Assembly: GCA_964016885.1 (NCBI GenBank)
Contig: OZ024748.1
Location: 55,676,001-55,740,000 of the forward strand
DNA length: 64,000 bases
Origin: Eledone cirrhosa
Taxonomy: Eukaryota
Direction: 5' to 3'
This document shows positions 57,310 through 64,000 of this stretch, one piece after another. How positions within the stretch are numbered: position 1 is the first letter of the stretch; each line of letters begins with the position of its first letter. The notes under the pieces were generated by a model. It saw only the letters and a list, made by a program, of their open reading frames with translations, was not told the origin of the DNA and searched no databases. The translations under genes and the position numbers were made by a program.

Positions 57310-58137
57310 TAGTGAAAGAGTGACGAATAACATGGTCGGCTGTACAGAAAGGGTTTTATTTACAATATTAACAATTGTTTCATTGATCAGGTGAATCTAA
57401 AGCCCGCTAATCATTCGAAGCTGCGTCACTCGACCTTAAATACAGTGTGTGTCTCTGATCAAATCATTAAGATAAAACAATCAGTCTGCCGGACATTAAC
57501 CACACGTATATCATCATTGCTCCTTTCACTTTATTCTCTATCTATCTATCTATCCACATCCCCACTCTCTGTCCCCTTTCCCTCATCTCTTCCTCTCTCA
57601 CTTATTTTTTATTTATTATTTTTTGATATTTTATCTGTTATTTTTAATTTTTTTATTCTAATCCTCTGAGATTTGACCATACCTCTTACATTTATCCTAC
57701 ATATCATGTATTTAGTGCTTCTATTCATGTTATTGTTATCTCTACCGTCATCACCACTTTACATATCCACCTACTCACCACTGCAACTTCAACTTCCACC
57801 ACCACCACTACTTCTTATCAGCAATCAAATTCTGTACTCATTTTTTACTTATTTTTTACATCTTTATCATTTTCATTCTAACTTCTTTACTATATTCTTT
57901 TATCAAAAGATGTTATTGTTTTGATTCTCCGATATATCTATAAATATCAATGCCATGTGTTACACCGTCCAGTCTTCCGATGATTTGATCAGAGACACAC
58001 ACTGTATTTAAGGTCGAGTGACGTGATTTTGAATGATTAGCGGCCTTAAGACTCACCTGATCAATGAAACAATGTTTAATACTGTAAATAAAACCCTTTT
58101 TGTACAGGCGACCATTTTATTCTTAACTCTTTCACTA
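57310..58137. mobile_element. Element with ~158-bp inverted repeats (57310-57467 / 57980-58137) and ~510-bp spacer; right tail extends to (TA)n at 58298
   Basis: Arms align by eye with scattered mismatches. They contain GAAA-CAATTG-TT and AATAAA, and the left end abuts (TA)n. Confidence 0.8.
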
Positions 58138-58296
58138 CTATTACTTCAAGAACAACCTGCATGAGAATTCACGCAAACTCGATACCTAACTAAGGAAACC
58201 TTGTTGAGTCAAACAACACCGTACGTTAAAACTATCCATAGTACAGAGTACTAACAACATCTACCTGGATTACCTAAAACGATAACTTGTTATCCC

Positions 58297-58339
<43 letters not shown>

Positions 58340-58341
<2 letters not shown>

Positions 58342-58470
58342 CTGAGTAAAAGGTAAACAGAAATAACAAAGTAAAACACACAGTAAAAAGAAGAAATATA
58401 TTAATTAACGCTTGAACTAACGGGAAAAGAAACGTAACGTTTTAGACACTTGTCCTTCATCAGAAGGTAG
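58340..58470 (-). mobile_element. HHR-bearing element, family D (degenerate motif at 58430-58468)
   Basis: Minus strand CTGATGA-a-GGACaagtGTCT-AAAA-CGTTA (CG>TA change at the stem II/GAAA junction); 3' end abuts (TA)n. Confidence 0.65.
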
Positions 58471-59171
58471 AATGAGAGATAAAAGATGAAATAGAAAGAT
58501 AAAGATTGAGAAGTGGAAAGAACGGAAAACATGTGAAAAAAGCACCCGTGCGTAATCAGTCAGCCATTTTGGAGATTTGCAGACCAAGGTGTATGTTACC
58601 CGTTAAAGAGGATTTAGAAAGCTTGTAATCGTTTTATATTTTGGTGGGATATGTGTGTATTGGTGTATAGGTGTGTGTTCGTGTATGTGTACACGCGAAT
58701 AGGTGCGTTCGTATGTAAGAAGGATGAGCGTTGGACCATGTCAGGCTAGCTGCTGTGAGTGTATCGTTGTGTGAATGAATCAGCATGCGCGCATGAACCA
58801 ACCAACTTACTCGCATGTATAAAAATGTGTATGTGTGCTTTTACACTCACCATTCATTCTTCCATCCAAATTGTATGAGCAAAGACAATTGTGGGTGTGA
58901 AGTAACTTGTAGGGCTGGCTGTTCGTTATCCGGCAGTGGTTCTCTATGGAATATTAACGTGCTTTATATTTAATTCTGCTCTGCTCATCTAGTAATCGTC
59001 GGTGTTGCAGGTTTACTCACTGATCCCCTGAGAAAAAGCCAAACTATACTGTGTTGTATTTTAACAATACCAACTCGGACATAACCTATTCGTATTCGTT
59101 TTGTCAAATATGGAATTATTTATACCTGCCTTTTCTTAATATATCGGGGCTGTTTCAGTTTAAGATACGTG

Positions 59172-59410
59172 AAGGCGTGTGGCTGAATGGTTTGAGAATT
59201 GGATTCAAAATCGTGTGATTGTGAGTTCAATTCCCGGACTGGGTGATTCGTTATGTTCTTAAGCAAGAAACTTTATTTCACGTTGCTCCTTCTGTCTGGA
59301 TTTGCAACCGGTAGATACGATTAGAAACGGGAAAAACCGATGGAAACATTATTTCCTTGGTCGGATTTGATGAGCTTGTTAAGCGAATGTCACGTGCATT
59401 ATGACATTGT
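59172..59410 (+). mobile_element. SINE family 2 copy
   Basis: AGGCGTGTGGCTGAATGG (A-box), GAGTTCAATTCCC (B-box), TTAAGCAAGAAACTTTATTTCACGTTGCTCC core. Confidence 0.8.
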
Positions 59411-60455
59411 TTCCCCAAACTAATATTCATATATACACCGCTCAAATTTATATTGTTGTCAAAATGATGTTTATGAATATTTCGATGTTTTGCCCTGAAA
59501 GAGTTCCAGCCGTAGCTCAATTGACACCCTCTAATAACAAACAGCATTTCAACTTATCGTACCACATACTGTTTGTTTTCTACTCTCAGCAACACTTAGC
59601 AAAATATCCACTTTTGGAGGCTTAATCCTACAATTTTTCCACTGTACCACTTTACGTTCTCATCTCTAGAAATGTTTTCCCTTTCACTTTTCTGTATATT
59701 TGTATTTGTACATAACAATCGCTGATATCATCTCTTTCTCCCACTTCGCTCTCTTATATTATTCCATTATCTACATATTTACTCCCTCACGCACACTCAC
59801 ACGCTTACACACACACACAAACGAACAAACATATGTAGACCCATTAATATAGAATCATAGACACACACATGTACATACACACACACGCACATATATACAT
59901 ACCCATACTCATATGCATACATTCGCACACACACATACACCATATATATAATATATATATATATAGATACATACATACATACACACACATACACCATATA
60001 TAATATATATATATATATTCCTCTGAAACACTTAATACAATGCAGGTTTTGTGAGTACAAAATGATCACAATCCGTTCTGAACTTGGTTAATACCAGTTT
60101 AAGAAGAGCCACTTGATGCGTTATATATTAAATGTTCTGTGTGACCCTTGATTCTTTTTATGTTCCCCCATCATCTATTACTGGAACGTTAAAACCGTAA
60201 CTTAAATAATACGCGTTTACATATGATGAATATATTATGTTCGCAATCTCTCTCTCTCTCTCTCTCTCTAGAGAGAAAGAGAGATCCTATTCCTTTCCTA
60301 TTTTTCCCCTTTTCCTTTCCGTCTTTCTTCCTCTCTCCTCATCATTTCCCCCCTGTTCTTCCTCCTTTCCCTCCCTTTCCTTTTTTCTCTCTTTCTCTCT
60401 CCTTTTCCACCTGGCTTTTTGATTAATAAAAGGCCTCGGGCGCACCCGAACTACA

Positions 60456-60523
60456 CCGATGTCCTGTAATTCAGCGCCGAAACATCGGATCAGGAAATAT
60501 TTACAGCTGACGATGGAAACTCC
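60456..60523 (+). ncRNA. Hammerhead-like motif with non-canonical strand order
   Basis: CCGATG-TC-CTGTAA ... GAAA-CATCGG ... TTACAG-CTGACGA. Stems I and III are perfect and in correct register; stem II is weak. Confidence 0.5.
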
Positions 60524-60622
60524 TTTCCTCCTTTCTCCTCCTTTCCCGTCCTAACCACCATCCTAAACCTTGTTTTTAGTACTCCTTTCGTTTCATATCA
60601 TGTTGTATATATATATATATAT

Positions 60623-61068
60623 AACCAAAGATTAATATGGTTTATTAATTATTCAATGAATATAGTTTTACAATAGATTAAAAGCACTCCACAATGAGGT
60701 TTTCTGGAGTTATTAATATTATTCAGAATATTAATAAATCAAGACATTCACATAATCAAAATATATCTTTTATTATATATTTCGAAGGTACTGTGCTGTT
60801 TTTTCAGTACGTTCTCGTCAGATAAAATACATGAATTGATATATGACATACCTCAACGGTATTGATGGTTCAATTGAAGTGATGGCAGTATGGAATACTA
60901 GAATGTCGAATTGAACCATCAAGACCGTTGAGATATGTCATACATCAATTCATGTATTTTATCTGACGAGGACGTACTGAGAAAACAGCACAGTACCTTC
61001 GAAATATATATAATAAAACATATTTTGATTATGTGAATGTCTTCATTTATTGATATTCTGAATAATAT
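60623..61068. mobile_element. Palindromic HHR element, family A (~160-bp arms 60716-60875 / 60909-61068, 33-bp spacer, left tail 60623-60715)
   Basis: Arms are reverse-complementary and (TA)n lies on both sides. The tail shares GCACTCCACA...CTGGAGT with 49649-49673. Confidence 0.88.
60957..61018 (+). ncRNA. Type-I hammerhead ribozyme (mirror copy at 60768-60827, minus)
   Basis: TTTTAT-CTGACGA-GGAcGTACTG...CAGTACcTTC-GAAA-TATATA-TA-ATAAAA, with palindromic stem III. Confidence 0.85.
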
Positions 61069-61174
61069 ATATATATATATAAGTATGTATACGTACATAC
61101 ATATGTATACAGACGTACTGTAGTATGTGTATATATATATATACATACATGCACACATATATATATGTACGTAT

Positions 61175-61335
61175 GGATTCACCGAACATTTATTATAATG
61201 CTAGGTGTGTTTGTAAACAAACATCCCGAATTAAGCCGTACAGTGTCTAGCAACCATCGTTGCTCATTTGTTCACCACTGACAAAGGAACGCTGTACTAA
61301 TTTCAAGCTTATTAGCTATCGTCAGCAACGAATAC
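61175..61335 (-). mobile_element. HHR-bearing element, family B, with near-intact ribozyme at 61290-61330
   Basis: Minus strand CGTTG-CTGACGA-tAGCTaataAGCTt-GAAA-TTAG-TA-CAGCG (5-bp stem I, GUA triplet). Homologous to 12421-12592. Confidence 0.8.
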
Positions 61336-61418
61336 CTTCCGGCCAGATGATTGAACGTCTGAAAGTATATACTTTCCTGATGCATATTAACGGCTGAGCA
61401 GCCTAATTTGCATATCGA

Positions 61419-61540
61419 GTGAGTTAATCGGCCGGGGTACCGAAAACGATAAACGGAAAAAAAGAAACTAAGAGTGAGAAATGAAATTTCGTTTCATCTT
61501 TTGCATTTATCGTTTCCGGTAACCTGGCCGATTAACTCAC
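61419..61540. repeat. 35-bp imperfect inverted repeat with ~52-bp loop
   Basis: GTGAGTTAATCGGCCGGGGTACCGAAAACGATAAA versus TTTATCGTTTCCGGTAACCTGGCCGATTAACTCAC. Confidence 0.85.
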
Positions 61541-61583
61541 ACATATATAACAGCTTATCAATACTATATATATATATATTTAC

Positions 61584-61711
61584 AGGAAAAGTGTCAGGAC
61601 TCCGACGGCTCAGCTGTCTGGGTCCTGACACTTTTCCTTTTACCCACTCTACTACACAGTATCGAGTACTTTGGTGCGTTATGGTCCACCAGGTTATTAC
61701 CACACTTCATT

Positions 61712-61716
<5 letters not shown>
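61584..61716 (+). mobile_element. Hairpin-plus-tail element, family E
   Basis: Hairpin 61584-61638. The tail is homologous to the reverse complement of 62810-62888. Located between (TA)n tracts. Confidence 0.75.
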
Positions 61717-61783
<67 letters not shown>

Positions 61784-62715
61784 TTGAAAAGTTTATCTTC
61801 CAAAGATAGACATTTGAATATTTTAAGGGGCAAGGATCTATGAATTCGAAAGGTCTAAATTTATGTGATATAAACGTGTTGTGGCTACAGAAGAGAAAAC
61901 AACGTTCGAGTTTGCTATTTCTATTCCCTTTCAGAAATTAATTAGTTTCAACAATTACTGGAAATTATATAACATATTCTGGGCAACGATAATCTACTGA
62001 GAGGCGTACTTAAATATAAACTTTGAACAGATACCACACCCTCACATTGCACAAGAAATAAAGCTCTCTTATATGTTGTAGCTGATAAGATTAGGATTGA
62101 TATGTTGCTCGTGGAATTATATAATTCAAAATCAAGATGAAATATTTTGATTACAATCATATAGTATTTTTACGAATATTGTCTTGTTTCCTACGTATAA
62201 TGTATAATTATTTGAAAAGGTTATCTAATATGGGATAATATAATAGATATAAAGCAACCATTTATGCATCGCTTCTACGTCCGTCCGATACCGCATAATG
62301 GTTATGAGAAGCAGACTGAAAAAGTATATATATATATATATATATGTATATGTATATGTAATGCGTTTGTCTATGTCTGAGACTATCTTTTCATGCTGTT
62401 ACACCCATAATATCTACATTTGTAACTCTTTGCAGAAATAGTATTGCTTTATGCCTTTCACGGCATATACTTGATGGAACCTATGCACCTGTTCATGGAT
62501 ACGTGTGAATTGGTGTTAAACGGCAAAGAGGTTACAGATTGTTGATGTACCTGCAGCCGCGCAAAATAGAAGAGTTAGATTGATAGAAACGACCGTTGGT
62601 TACCGGGACTTACTTTGATCACTTCGTCTTGGCCATATCACACTGTCGCTTTGCAACGACATACGTTGTTACCGGGACCAAGTGATTCTTGCCCTATATA
62701 TATATATATATATAA

Positions 62716-62775
<60 letters not shown>

Positions 62776-62776
<1 letters not shown>

Positions 62777-62963
62777 AAAACAAGAAGATGTGGTAAGATA
62801 TCAGATGGATCATAACGCACCAGAGTACTCAATACTTAGAGTAGTAGAGTGGGTAATGAGAAAAGACTCAGGAACCCGACAGCTGAGCTCCGGTCGTTTC
62901 GACAACTAGTTCACACCTAGCAGTTTAAACGGCCGGAGCTCAGCCGTTGGGGTTCTGGTTCTT

Positions 62964-62964
<1 letters not shown>
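62776..62964 (-). mobile_element. Hairpin-plus-tail element, family E
   Basis: Imperfect inverted repeat 62862-62964 with one-sided tail; between (TA)n tracts. Confidence 0.75.
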
Positions 62965-63000
<36 letters not shown>

Positions 63001-64000
63001 ATATATATCAATACATGTGTGTGTATATATATCAATACATGTGTGCGTGTGTAAAAACATACGTATATATTTATGTCCATATATGTTTCTATTTATATAT
63101 GCTTCTCTCTCTTTGTATATAAAAATATATATAAATATATATGATGTGTGTTTATTTGTGTGTCCATGTGTATGTGTGTGTATACTTGAACATTTCTGGG
63201 TGGGCTTTTCAAAGTCAGACTATCTTAATCTTACTAACTCACTAAGTTGCTCACACTTTCTGTTTTCCCTCTCTTCATTCTTATGACTCCCATTACCACG
63301 CTTTCACTGTCTCTCGATATAATTTTACATACTCATAATTCCCATAATTTCCCGCCCCATTCATTCCACTCTTCTGAATCTCTTCTGTTTTTTATGTATT
63401 GCAATCTCCCCCAACACAATTTCTCTAACTACTATTTCACTAACCACACCCCGCTCTCTGACTCTCCTCTCCCTGTGTCTATCCCCGTTCTTGTTTCACT
63501 AAATTTCTCTCCATGTACTGCAAAAAGGCTCTCTTTCAAAATCTTACTCTCACATCAAAACTAATATTTTTGTTTGTTCATTTTTAATGAATTTTCTATT
63601 ACACAAGAACATACAAAAGCACAACCACGCACACCCATGTATAACTTATATATATATATATATATATATAAAAACTAGTCTAAGAGACGGCCTGTTTTTC
63701 TAGCAAAGCCAGCCAACAAACTGTGTTAAGACACGAAGATAGAACGTGTCGGTTTCTGGGTAGGGATGTGTGTTGTGAAAATGATTAAATACTCCTTCAG
63801 ACAATTCTAGCTAACGAGAAAGAAATATATAATTAGAAACTACTCGTCAGATAACACCGTATTTTTCTTACATCTATTTCATCTAATTTATTATTTCTTT
63901 TGTTTGTTATTATAAATGGAAATCTTACACATAAACACACATTTAAACACACAAACACATATATATATATACTCACACACATACTCACGTATGTATATAT

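Noticed and set aside
58860-59110. Possible GIY-YIG remnant upstream of the family D HHR
   Set aside because: Manual translation gave no recognisable motif; needs a profile search.

Overview
AT-rich, microsatellite-dense eukaryotic non-coding DNA with a 200-N assembly gap at 3485-3684. The repeat content suggests a coleoid cephalopod such as Octopus (inference). No intact host gene is supportable, and almost all listed ORFs are translations of (TA)n, (CA)n or minisatellite tracts. Identifiable parts are about 25 copies of one tRNA-derived SINE (several with 12-17 bp target-site duplications, TSDs), three copies of a second SINE, decayed LINE fragments (CR1-like, Tx1/L1-like RT, RTE-like) and a TTAA-flanked piggyBac-type MITE. 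The main hidden signal is about 14 loci of short non-coding elements carrying minimal type-I hammerhead-ribozyme (HHR) motifs. They belong to several sequence families, their 3' ends run into (TA)n, and several occur as long inverted duplications with a one-sided tail, as Penelope-like pseudo-LTRs do. They include a U3-A8 compensatory core variant and one HHR-like motif whose three strands are in a non-canonical, pseudoknot-requiring order (60456-60523). All folds and alignments were done by eye, so ends are approximate.
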